Shown one piece after another: positions 39,601 through 51,261 of a stretch of DNA of 64,000 nucleotides. The notes under the pieces are model-generated. The model was not told the DNA's origin and did no database searches. It saw only the letters and a list, made by a program, of their open reading frames with translations. Made by a program: the position numbers and the translations under genes. The first letter of the stretch is position 1. Each line of letters opens with the position of its first letter. The stretch comes from Eledone cirrhosa (taxonomy: Eukaryota). The DNA lies in the NCBI GenBank assembly GCA_964016885.1, contig OZ024764.1:5828001-5892000 (forward strand), given 5' to 3'.

Positions 39601-42003
39601 GGGAATGTCTCTGTGGTGAAGGCCACGGTTGGATTGGAGACAGAGAAGAGAAGGTGTTAGGCTTATGTCACTGTAAATAGATGGAAGGTGTGTCTATGTG
39701 TATGTCTGTGTCTACAGAATCGTTGTAGTGTTGAAGTGGGAATGTCTCTGTAGTGAAGGCCACGGTTGGATTGGAGACAGAGAAGAGAAGGTGTTAGGCT
39801 TATGTCACTGTAAATAGATGGAAGGTGTGTCTATGTCTGTGTCTACAGAATCGTTGTAGTGTTGAAGTGGGAATGTCTCTGTGGTGAAGGCCACGGTTGG
39901 ATTGGAGACAGAGAAGAGAAGGTGTTAGGCTTATGTCACTGTAAATAGATGGAAGGTGTGTCTATGTCTGTGTCTACAGAATCGTTGTAGTGTTGAAGTG
40001 GGAATGTCTCTGTGGTGAAGGCCACGGTTGGATTGGAGACAGAGAAGAGAAGGTGTTAGGCTTATGTCACTGTAAATAGATGGAAGGTGTGTCTATGTGT
40101 ATGTCTGTGTCTACAGAATCGTTGTAGTGTTGAAGTGGGAATGTCTCTGTGGTGAAGGCCACGGTTGGATTGGAGACAGAGAAGAGAAGGTGTTAGGCTT
40201 ATGTCACTGTAAATAGATGGAAGGTGTGTCTATGTGTATGTCTGTGTCTACAGAATCGTTGTAGTGTTGAAGTGGGAATGTCTCTGTGGTGAAGGCCACG
40301 GTTGGATTGGAGACAGAGAAGAGAAGGTGTTAGGCTTATGTCACTGTAAATAGATGGAAGGTGTGTCTATGTGTATGTCTGTGTCTACAGAATCGTTGTA
40401 GTGTTGAAGTGGGAATGTCTCTGTGGTGAAGGCCACGGTTGGATTGGAGACAGAGAAGAGAAGGTGTTAGGCTTATGTCACTGTAAATAGATGGAAGGTG
40501 TGTCTATGTGTATGTCTGTGTCTACAGAATCGTTGTAGTGTTGGAGTGGGAATGTCTCTGTAGTGAAGGCCACGGTTGGATTGGAGACAGAGAAGAGAAG
40601 GTGTTAGGCTTATGTCACTGTAAATAGATGGAAGGTGTGTCTATGTGTATGTCTGTGTCTACAGAATCGTTGTAGTGTTGGAGTGGGAATGTCTCTGTAG
40701 TGAAGGCCACGGTTGGATTGGAGACAGAGAAGAGAAGGTGTTAGGCTTATGTCACTGTAAATAGATGGAAGGTGTGTCTATGTGTATGTCTGTGTCTACA
40801 GAATCGTTGTAGTGTTGGAGTGGGAATGTCTCTGTAGTGAAGGCCACGGTTGGGTTGGAGACAGAGAAGAGAAGGTGTTAGGCTTATGTCACTGTAAATA
40901 GATGGAAGGTGTGTCTATGTGTATGTCTGTGTCTACAGAATCGTTGTAGTGTTGGAGTGGGAATGTCTCTGTAGTGAAGGCCACGGTTGGGTTGGAGACA
41001 GAGAAGAGAAGGTGTTAGGCTTATGTCACTGTAAATAGATGGAAGGTGTGTCTATGTGTATGTCTGTGTCTACAGAATCGTTGTAGTGTTGGAGTGGGAA
41101 TGTCTCTGTAGTGAAGGCCACGGTTGGATTGGAGACAGAGAAGAGAAGGTGTTAGGCTTATGTCACTGTAAATAGATGGAAGGTGTGTCTATGTCTGTGT
41201 CTACAGAATCGTTGTAGTGTTGGAGTGGGAATGTCTCTGTAGTGAAGGCCACGGTTGGATTGGAGACAGAGAAGAGAAGGTGTTAGGCTTATGTCACTGT
41301 AAATAGATGGAAGGTGTGTCTATGTGTATGTCTGTGTCTACAGAATCGTTGTAGTGTTGGAGTGGGAATGTCTCTGTAGTGAAGGCCACGGTTGGATTGG
41401 AGACAGAGAAGAGAAGGTGTTAGGCTTATGTCACTGTAAATAGATGGAAGGTGTGTCTATGTCTGTGTCTACAGAATCGTTGTAGTGTTGGAGTGGGAAT
41501 GTCTCTGTAGTGAAGGCCACGGTTGGATTGGAGACAGAGAAGAGAAGGTGTTAGGCTTATGTCACTGTAAATAGATGGAAGGTGTGTCTATGTGTATGTC
41601 TGTGTCTACAGAATCGTTGTAGTGTTGGAGTGGGAATGTCTCTGTAGTGAAGGCCACGGTTGGGTTGGAGACAGAGAAGAGAAGGTGTTAGGCTTATGTC
41701 ACTGTAAATAGATGGAAGGTGTGTCTATGTGTATGTCTGTGTCTACAGAATCGTTGTAGTGTTGGAGTGGGAATGTCTCTGTAGTGAAGGCCACGGTTGG
41801 ATTGGAGACAGAGAAGAGAAGGTGTTAGGCTTATGTCACTGTAAATAGATGGAAGGTGTGTCTATGTGTATGTCTGTGTCTACAGAATCGTTGTAGTGTT
41901 GGAGTGGGAATGTCTCTGTAGTGAAGGCCACGGTTGGATTGGAGACAGAGAAGAGAAGGTGTTAGGCTTATGTCACTGTAAATAGATGGAAGGTGTGTCT
42001 ATG
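36601..42003 (-). repeat. 131/137-bp satellite (~39 copies) derived from the intron 3/exon 4 junction
   Basis: Each unit is about 85-90 nt of intron 3' end plus about 46 nt of exon 4; gaagg anchor at 36640, 36771, 36902, 37039. Confidence 0.95.
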
Positions 42004-42174
42004 AATTAGTGCCTGTGTGTGTGTATGTGCGAGAAATTACGCCTAAGAGAGATCAGATGTGTGCAGGAGAGGAGATTGCATTGGTATGGACATGTGATGT
42101 GTTTGAAGGATGACAGCTGATGGTAGCCAGGGAGTAGGCAGGCCTAGGAAGACTTGGAATATATATATATGAAT

Positions 42175-42526
42175 GGAGTCACATGGCTTAGTGGTTAGAG
42201 CATTGGCCTTGCAATCGAAAGGTTGTGAGTTCAATTCTCAGACCGGGTGATGTGTTGTTTCCTTGAGGAAGACACTTTATTTCACATTGCTCCAGTTTAC
42301 TCAGCTGTAGAAATGAGATGATAGGGACTGAGGTCCCTATCATTCCACTGCAAAATGGTCGTGGAGGTGCCACGGCAAAAAAGCACCCAGCACTCACTGT
42401 AAATGAGGTTGGTGTTGGGAAGGGCATCCAGCTGTAGAAATCAAGCCAGCATCAGTTCCCGTCCCACCCTTGCAAGCAGGGAAAAGTGGACGTAAAATGA
42501 TGATGATGATGATGATGATGATGATA
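42175..42526 (+). mobile_element. Apparently full-length tRNA-head SINE with RTE-type tail
   Basis: A box TGGCTTAGTGG, B box GTTCAATTC, CORE-like ccttgaggaagacacttta, tail ccttgcaagcagggaaaagtggacgtaaa(atg)n shared with the RTE fragments. Confidence 0.88.
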
Positions 42527-42530
42527 TATA

Positions 42531-43060
42531 ATTACAATAGAATACAAAAGAAAAACGAACACAGACATATAGATATATGTGTTCAAATCGTAAGGGACCA
42601 GATTGGCTAAGGTGAAAGAATACTAACTATAGACAATAGGGTTTGCCTGTCTCAATTTAAGAATAAATCAAGAAAATAAATACAAACCGGAATTGTGGTA
42701 ACTACCAATCACCCAGACAGCTTGTTGTTGTTTCGCAAAGTTAATTGTGAATAGAATTACCAATCCAAACTCATCAGTGGGTGATGAATTAGTATCCTAG
42801 ACACTTCTAAGAATATTAAGAGCTTGGATTGGTAATTCTAGTCATAATTAACTTTGCGAAACAACAACAAGTTGTCCAGGTGATTGGTAGTTACCACAAA
42901 TCCGGTTTGTATTTATTTTCTTAATTTTTTCTTAAATTGAGACAAGCAAACCCTATTGTCTACAGTTAGTATTCTTTCACCTTAGCGAATCTGGTCCCTT
43001 ACGATTTGAACACATATATCTATATGTCTGTGTTCGTTTTTCTTTTGTATTCTATTGTAA
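42531..43060. mobile_element. Long inverted repeat (~240-bp arms), probable Penelope-like inverted terminus
   Basis: Arms 42531-42772 and 42819-43060 are near-perfect reverse complements; contains a hammerhead motif. Confidence 0.8.
42710..42783 (-). ncRNA. Type I hammerhead ribozyme motif
   Basis: CACCCA-CTGATGA-G...C-GAAA-CAAC-aacaa-GCTG-TC-TGGGTG: 6-bp stem I, complete core, GUC cleavage triplet. Confidence 0.75.
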
Positions 43061-43264
43061 TATACGGCTCAGAAATATCTCTTTCTTAGAGCTATTTTGT
43101 TGTAAGAGACTATTTTGAGTTCATAACTCAATATATACCTTTGATATATATATATACGTTTGAAGTTAGAAGACCAGAATACTCCAGGTATGGATAGAGA
43201 ATATAAATACAAATGCAAAAGATATCGCTGACAATTAGTCTTTTACATTAAATTTATTTGAATA

Positions 43265-43617
43265 TCCTTATATTTCGAGATAATATCTCTTCTTCAGAGG
43301 GAAGTAAATATATATATATAGTGTGTAGGAGAGAATCCTTATATTTCGAGATAATATCTCTTCTTCAGAGGGAAGTAAATATATATATATAGTGTGCAGG
43401 AGAGAATCCTTATATTTCGAGATAATATCTCTTCTTCAGAGGGAAGTAAATATATATATATAGTGTGCAGGAGAGAATCCTTATATTTCGAGATAATATC
43501 TCTTCTTCAGAGGGAAGTAAATATATATATATAGTGTGCAGGAGAGAATCCTTATATTTCGAGATAATATCTCTTCTTCAGAGGGAAGTAAATATATATA
43601 TATAGTGTGCAGGAGAG
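43265..43617 (-). repeat. Five 71-bp tandem units, each with a minimal hammerhead-like core
   Basis: CCT-CTGAAGA-A-GAGAT att ATCTC-GAAA-TATA-AGG starting at 43265, 43336, 43407, 43478, 43549. Confidence 0.75.
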
Positions 43618-43878
43618 AAGACTGCGTTGGTATGGACATGTGATGCGCATGGAGGATGACCGCTGGTTGAAGAAGTGCCAGGAAATCCCAGTAGAAGGAA
43701 GACGTGGTAGAGGTAGACCACGAAAAACATGGGCGGAGGTGGTGAGAGCAGACCTCAGATCGCTGAAGCTCACGGAGGGGATGACGAAGGACCGTGACAA
43801 GTGGAGAGATGCTGTGCTGAATAAGACCCGTCCCACCCTTGCAAGCAGAGAAGAGCGGACGTAAAATGATGATGATGA
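43604..43878 (+). mobile_element. RTE 3' fragment
   Basis: ORF 43607-43864 RRLRWYGHVMRMEDDRWLKKC...GRGRPRKTW...DRDKWR. Confidence 0.9.
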
Positions 43879-44109
43879 GATATATATATATACACACACA
43901 CACATATATATGATTATATACATGTAAATGCGATTGTGAATGCAAGCAGCCAAAATGGGGTTCCTCCAAAGACTATCTGGAGGGACTTACACAATTGAGT
44001 GCGTAGCTCATCAGTGAGTCGCTCCACGTAGAGCCCCTACTTCTCCGAGTTGTGGGATCACAGCTCCAATACTATGGACATGTGGTTAGAATGTATGAGG
44101 AAAGAAGTG

Positions 44110-44282
44110 ATAGAGGAAGACCACAAAAAACATGGGCGGAGGTGGTGAGAACAGACCTCAGATCGCTGAAGCTCACGGAGGAGATGACGAAGGACCGTGA
44201 CAGGTGGAGAGATGCTGTGCTGAATAAGACCCGTCCCACCCTTGCAAGCAGGGAAAAGTGGACATATGATGATGATGATGAT
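44110..44282 (+). mobile_element. RTE 3' fragment
   Basis: GRPQKTWAEVV...DRDRWR and (ATG)n tail. Confidence 0.85.
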
Positions 44283-44424
44283 CATCATCATCATCCTTCC
44301 CACTCTGATGCCCAGCCAAAATGAAACAATGTATGAATTATATTAAAGAGCAGCCAGTTTAACCATAATGTTACAAGCCAAGTATATAACCCACAACAAC
44401 AACAACAACAACATCAATACTCAC

Positions 44425-44481
44425 CTTCCCCAGGATTTGTCTTTTACATCAAACCGGAGCAGATCGTTTAACATGGTTTTA
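44425..44481 (-). CDS. LZTR1: LZTR1 coding exon 3 (G-KTMLNDLLRFDVKDKSWG-R)
   Basis: ttctcag acceptor, gtgagt donor, 57 nt, phase 2/2. Confidence 0.97.
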
Positions 44482-44629
44482 CTGAGAAAAGAAGAAAAAA
44501 AACATAATAAATATGAAAAACCCAAACAAGATGAAGGGGCAGAAATATCCTGAGAACCAAGATACCCCTTAGAGTGGGGACATTGTTACCCTTTTAACAT
44601 TGACACATAAGTGAGAAATTAGCAATAAG

Positions 44630-46390
44630 AATGTAAAGTTATGTTGGTGCCACAACATCCAGGCCGAAACAAATGAGGTCGTGTAGGTGTCACGACAAAA
44701 AAACACACAGTCCACGCTGTAATGTGGCCGTGTAGGTAACACGGTAAAAACCTCCCTGTCCCACACTGTAAATGTGGTTGGTGTTAGGAAGGGCATCCAG
44801 CTGTAGAAAACCTGCCAGACAGTCCACGCTGTAATGTGGCTGTGTAGGTAACACGGTAAAAACCTCCCAGCCCCACACTGTAAATGTGGTTGGTGTTAGG
44901 AAGGGCATCCAGATGTAGAAAACCCGCCAGACAGTCCTATGCGAGCAAGACAACCACTCTTGCCTCAAGTGGGAAAACTCCCGTCCAAACCCACGTAAGC
45001 ATGGAACACGGACGTTAAACGATGATGATGATGATGATGATGAGGGATCAGATGCTATTTACTTGAGAGAAGACTACGTTGGTATGGTCACGTGATGCGT
45101 ATGAAAGATGACAGCTGTATAAAAAAAAGTGCAGGGCGATCAAAATAGATGGAAGTTATGGAGTAGGTAGACCCAGAAAAACCTGGGACGATCTGTAAAT
45201 TCCGACCTTACACACTTGCACCTCTCTAAGACAATGTCACTGGACCGAGATCTTTGGCGCTACACAGTAATACAGAAGACCCGCCTTGCCTATGTACAAA
45301 GCGAAACCTGCAGTCAGTAGGCACCTCTTAACCAAATATACACCCCCCCCCACTTCATCCTCCCACCAACACCACCCTCTTTCTATAAAGTTATGTTGGT
45401 ACACCAGAACATCCATCATCATCATCATCGTTTAACGTCCATCTTCCACGCTTGCATGGGTTTGGACTGGAGTTTTCCCACTTGAGGCAAGATTGGTTGT
45501 CCTGCTCGTACAGGACTGTCTGGCGGGTTTTCTACGGCTGGATGCCCTTCCTAACACCAACCAGATTTACAGTGTGGAGAGGGAGGTTTTTACCGTGTTA
45601 CCTACAAGGCCACATTACAGCGTGGACTGTGTGTTCTTTTGTCGTGACACCTACACGACCTCATTTATTTAGGACTGGATGTTGTGGTACCAACATAACT
45701 TTACATTGAAAGGGGTGGTGTGGATGGAGTGGGGTTAGTGGGACGGGGGTGTATTTTTGTTAAAGGTGCCTACTGACTGTAGGTATATCGCTTTGCACTT
45801 AGGTAAGGCGGGTCTTCTGTATTACTGCGTAGCGCCAAAGATCTCGGTCCAGTGACATTGTCTTGGAGAGGTGTAAGTGTGTGAGGTCGGAATTTATCAA
45901 GTCGTCCCATGTTTTTCTAGGTCTGCCTACTCCATAGCTTCCATCTATTTTGATTGCCCTGCACTTTTTTATACAGCTGTCGTCTTTCATACACATCACG
46001 TGACCATCCATTCCAAACTAAAGAGGTCGTGTAGGTGTCACGAGAAAAAAAACACACAGTCCACGCTGTAATGTGACCGTGTAGGTAACACGGTGAAAAG
46101 GCTGCCAGTTCCACACTGTAAATGTGGTTGGTGTTAGGAAGGGCATCCAACTGTAGAAAACCTGCCAGATAGTCCTATATGAGCGAGACACGGTCACCTG
46201 ACCAATCTTGCCTCAAGTGGGACAACTCCCATCTAACCTATGCTAGCGTGGAAGATGGACGCTAAACGAAGATGATGACAACAAAGGTGCCCAGTCCACA
46301 CTGTAAAGTGGTCATGTAGGTGTCACAACAAAAAGTACCCAGCACACACTGTCAATGTGGTTGGCGCTAGGAAGGGTATCCAGCTGTATC
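44630..46390. mobile_element. Cluster of RTE-related non-autonomous elements/SINEs in both orientations
   Basis: Repeated modules gttggtgttaggaagggcatccagctgtagaaa, ggacgttaaac(gat)n tails and RTE coding remnants; homologous to 60236-60738. Confidence 0.8.
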
Positions 46391-48262
46391 ATTTACATTA
46401 CTCTATATATACTATTGTATTTTCACAGTAAAGGCTTTACCTCACATAATATCTCACATAACATTTATATTACTCTATATATACTATTGTATTTTCACAG
46501 TAAAGGCTTTACCTCACATAATATCTCACATAACATTTACATTACTCTATATATACTATTGTATTTTCACGGTAAAGGCTTTACCTCAAATAATATCTCA
46601 CATAACATTTACATTACTCTATATATTCCGTCTAACCCATGCTAGCGTGGAAGAACGGACGGAAAACGGTGATGATGATGATGATGATACTATTATATTT
46701 TCACGGTAAAGGCTTTACCTCACATAACATTTACATTACTCTATATATACTATTGTATTTTCACAGTAAAGGCTTTACCTCACATATCTCACATAACATT
46801 TACATTACTCTATATATACTATTGTATTTTCACAGTAAAGGCTTTACCTCACATAATATCTCACATAACATTTACATTACTCTATATTTACTATTGTATT
46901 TTCACAATAAAGGCTTTACCTCACATAATATCTCACATAACATTTACATTACTCTATATATACTATTGTATTTTCACAGTAAAGGCTTTACCTCACATAA
47001 CATTTACATTACTCTATATATACTATTGTATTGTCACGGTAAAGGCTTTACCTCACATAATATCTCACATAACATTTACATTACTCTATATATACTATTA
47101 TATTTTCACGGTAAAGGCTTTACCTCACATAATATCTCACATAACATTTACATTACTCTCTATATACTATTGTATTTTCACAGTAAAGGCTTTACCTCAC
47201 ATAACATTTACATTACTCTATATATACTATTGTATTTTCTCAGTAAAAGCTTTACCTCACATAATATCTCACATAACATTTACATTACTCTATATATACT
47301 ATTGTATTTTCACAGTAAAGGCTTTACCTCACATAACATTTACATTACTCTATATATACTATTGTATTGTCACAGTAAAGGCTTTACCTCACATAATATC
47401 TCACATAACATTTACATTACTCTATATATACTATTGTATTTTCTCAGTAAAGGCTTTACCTCACATAACATTTACATTACTCTATATATACTATTGTATT
47501 GTCACAGTAAAGGCTTTACCTCACATAATATCTCACATAACATTTACATTACTCTATATATACTATTGTATTGTCACAGTAAAGGCTTTACCTCACATAA
47601 TATCTCACATAACATTTACATTACTCTATATATACTATTGTATTGTCACAGTAAAGGCTTTACCTCACATAATATCTCACATAACATTTACATTACTCTA
47701 TATATACTATTGTATTGTCACAGTAAAGGCTTTACCTCACATAATATCCCACATAACATTTACATTACTCTATATATACTATTGTATTTTCACAGTAAAG
47801 GCATTACCTCACATAATATCTCACATAACATTTACATTACTCTATATATACTATTGTATTGTCACAGTAAAGGCTTTACCTCACATAATATCCCACATAA
47901 CATCTACATTACTCTATATATACTATTGTATTGTCACAGTAAAGGCTTTACCTCACATAATATCCCACATAACATTTACATTACTCTATATATACTATTG
48001 TATTGTCACAGTAAAGGCTTTACCTCACATAATATCCCACATAACATTTACATTACTCTATATATACTATTGTATTTTCACAGTAAAGGCTTTACCTCAC
48101 ATAATATCCCACATAACATTTACATTACTCTATATATACTATTGTATTGTCACAGTAAAGGCTTTACCTCACATAATATCTCACATAACATTTACATTAC
48201 TCTATATATACTATTGTATTTTCACAGTAAAGGCTTTACCTCACATAATTATCTCACATAAT
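46389..48262. repeat. 72/60-bp AT-rich minisatellite
   Basis: Same unit as 31898-32958; accounts for the spurious 540-aa ORF. Confidence 0.95.
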
Positions 48263-48544
48263 ATCGAATCTGTGAGATTTTGATATTATTTATTTTGAGA
48301 ACAATACCTTAACATAAGTATGAGCAGCTGGTTACAGCCAGTTTGAACAGAAAGGTGAGAGAACTCTGGCCAGATATGGCCAGTTTAAATGCTAAAGGGT
48401 TAAAAAAAATGTTCTGCCTACCAAATTCCACTAATAAGGTATTGGGGGTGATCTCAAAGAACTTGCCCAAGGGGGCACACAGTGGGAATGAACCCGAAAC
48501 CATGTGTAAATATTTGAAAGAGGATAAATAAATGATATTTCTTA

Positions 48545-48634
<90 letters not shown>

Positions 48635-48668
48635 TTAGACATGAATCTTGGGTAATGACTGAAAGAGT

Positions 48669-50010
48669 ACATCATCATCATCATCACCGTTTTACGTCCG
48701 TTCTTCCACGCTAGCATGGGTTAGACGGGTTGTCCTGTTGTGGGCAGTGTCTAGTCGGCTGACCATGCCTTGCTCATACGGGAACTGATTTGGCTTGATT
48801 TCTACAGCTGGATGCCCTTCCTAACACCAACCTCATTTACAGTGAGTGCTGGGTGCTTTTTCATGGCGCCTACACGTCCACTATACAGTGTGGACTGGGT
48901 GCTTTTTTGCCGTGGCACCTCCACGACCACCTTGCGGTGGGGGGTGTGGGGGCATATTGTCTATATGCTTCAGCATGTACCCATGGGAGGTCGGGTACTC
49001 TGTATTACTGCGTGACGCCAGAAGTCACGGTCGTGTGTCATTCATCATCAGTTCCGTTTAACATCAATGTTTCCACACTTGCATGGGTTAGACGGGTCAT
49101 CCATGCAGGGAGGCAAGTCTGGCCAGTGTTGGCCATGTCACAACTTGCTCCAGCAGGGACTGTAAATTTGGCTGGGTACTTTACAGCTGGATGCCCTTCT
49201 TAACGCCAACCACGCTTAAAGTGTGGGACTGGATAGCTCCGTCATGAGGAAGGGCAGGTCAACTGGCTGCACTGAAGCCCTCTTACAACAGGACCATGTT
49301 TTCAGGGTCCAACTCATCACTAATGGAACCATATTTTTGGAACCCAGTACTGGATGGCACCGAAACGAGGACCTTAGACCCATCTGACAGTGTAGCCCGC
49401 TATTAGGTGGCACTGTTATATTTATATATATCATCATCATCATCACCGTTTTACGTCCGTTCTTCCACGCTAGCATGGGTTAGACGGGTTGTCCTGTTGT
49501 GGGCAGTGTCTGGTCGGCTGACCATGCCTTGCTCATACAGGAACTGATCTGGCTTGATTTCTACAGCTGGATGCCCTTCCTAACACCAACCTCATTTACA
49601 GTGAGTGCTGGGTGCTTTTTCGTGGCGCCTACACGTCCACTTTACAGTGTGGACTGGGTGCTTTTTTGCCGTGGCACCTCCACGACCACCTTGCGGTGTG
49701 GGGGCATATTGTCTATATGCTTCAGCATGTACCCATGGGAGGTCGGGTACTCTGTATTACTGCGTGACGCCAGAGGTCACGGTCGTGTGTCATTGACTTT
49801 GAGAGGTGCAATTGGGTAAGGTCAGCTTTTATCACCTCATCCCAGGTCATCTTGGGTCTCCCCACTCCGCGGTTTCCATCAACTTCTAGTGCTCTGCACC
49901 TTTTTATGCAGCTGTCATCCTTCATACGCATCACATGTCCATACCAGCGTAACCGCCTCTCCTGCACGCAGCATTTGATTCCTCTTATGCTCAGTCTCTC
50001 TCTCAATTCC
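48669..50010 (-). mobile_element. Two near-identical RTE-related elements (48669-49040 and 49431-50010)
   Basis: Duplicated ~370-bp 3' part; the second copy extends into RTE coding sequence (ORF 49722-50006). Confidence 0.85.
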
Positions 50011-50136
50011 TTAATATATATATATATATATATATATAAAGGAACGATCGACTTTCATCAAATCGGACCGAGGGAACAATGTTTCCGTTGGTCTTTCCAA
50101 TTGCTAATACTATCTATCGGTCGCAACTCCAGGTAG

Positions 50137-50260
50137 AAGGAGCAACGTGAAATAAAGTGTCTTGCTCAAGGACATAACGCATCGCCTGGTCCAGGAATCA
50201 AACTCACAACCTTACGATTGCGAATCCAATTCTCTAACCACTCAGCCACACGCCTTCACA
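50137..50260 (-). mobile_element. tRNA-SINE head fragment
   Basis: Minus strand ggcgtgtggctgagtggttagag...ccttgagcaagacactttatttcac. Confidence 0.8.
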
Positions 50261-50617
50261 TATATATATATATAGTAAATATCTTTAAGTCGTTTGGAAG
50301 CCTCGACAATGCAAATGGGTAAATCTCCGGGTAACAAGATCCGGTGGTGGAGAGAGAGATGTAAGTGGGTGTACGTTGAGATGCGTGGTGTGTATGAGAC
50401 GTGTAGAGGAATGAAGGAAAGAGTATAAAGGATAAAATTAAAATAACAACACGAGAGAGAGTTACCTTGGGAGAGATTTAATAGTCCCTATATATTTCGG
50501 ATTCACATCCATCAACTGGGGGTTTTTTCGGGGTGGGAGAAAGGTTGTCTGTCGGAAAGGTGCGAAACGCGTCCTCCGCTGTTTGTTGTTTTGAATATCT
50601 ATATATCTATATATATA

Positions 50618-50648
<31 letters not shown>

Positions 50649-50735
50649 CCTTGCAAGCAGGGAAAAGCGGACGTAAAATGATGATGATGATATATATATA
50701 TCTACCTATCTCACTCTCTCCATATATATATATAT

Positions 50736-51233
50736 AAAATAAAATAAATAAGTCAAATATTTAAAATTTGGCTTCGTTTATTACTGCTATAAATATTTCG
50801 GTGACAGCCATCTTTGACTGTGACCTCTTCAGGCAGTCCGACTGGACATATCAGAGTATTGACGAAGTTAAACACCTCAACAACATGTGTACTCGTCTCT
50901 ACCACACTAATTCGGACTGCCTGAAGAGGTCACAGCCAAAGATGGCTGTCACCAAAATATATATATAGCAGTAATAAACGAAGCCAAATTTTAAATATTT
51001 GACTTATTTATTTTATTTTACATTACTACGGAGTAACCAAACCAACCTGCCCACCTCGTCGAGTGCTCTAATCTGCATACTGAGGTGTTGGTATACAACC
51101 AACATATACTCAAAATATATATATATATATTTTGAGTATATGTTGGTTGTATACCAACATCTCAGTATGCAGATTAGAGCACTCGACGAGGTGGGCAGGT
51201 TGGTTTGGTTACTCCGTAGTAATGTAAAATAAA
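50736..51233. mobile_element. Penelope-like terminus remnant forming two consecutive palindromes
   Basis: Inverted arms ~50736-50841 and 50912-51019; second palindrome ~51010-51233 centred on a TA run; family shared with 59634-60190. Confidence 0.75.
50783..50837 (-). ncRNA. Minimal type I hammerhead ribozyme motif
   Basis: ACTGC-CTGAAGA-GGTCACAGTC aaagat GGCTGTCACC-GAAA-TATTTATA-GCAGT. Confidence 0.7.
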
Positions 51234-51261
51234 ACTGCAGAGGATATGCGACGGCTGGAGA

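Noticed and set aside
42175-42250. tRNA gene
   Set aside because: A and B boxes are present but run into a SINE body and RTE tail; no convincing cloverleaf.
46639-48261. 540-aa hydrophobic ORF (and 286-aa ORF at 32119)
   Set aside because: Product of the 72-bp AT-rich satellite.
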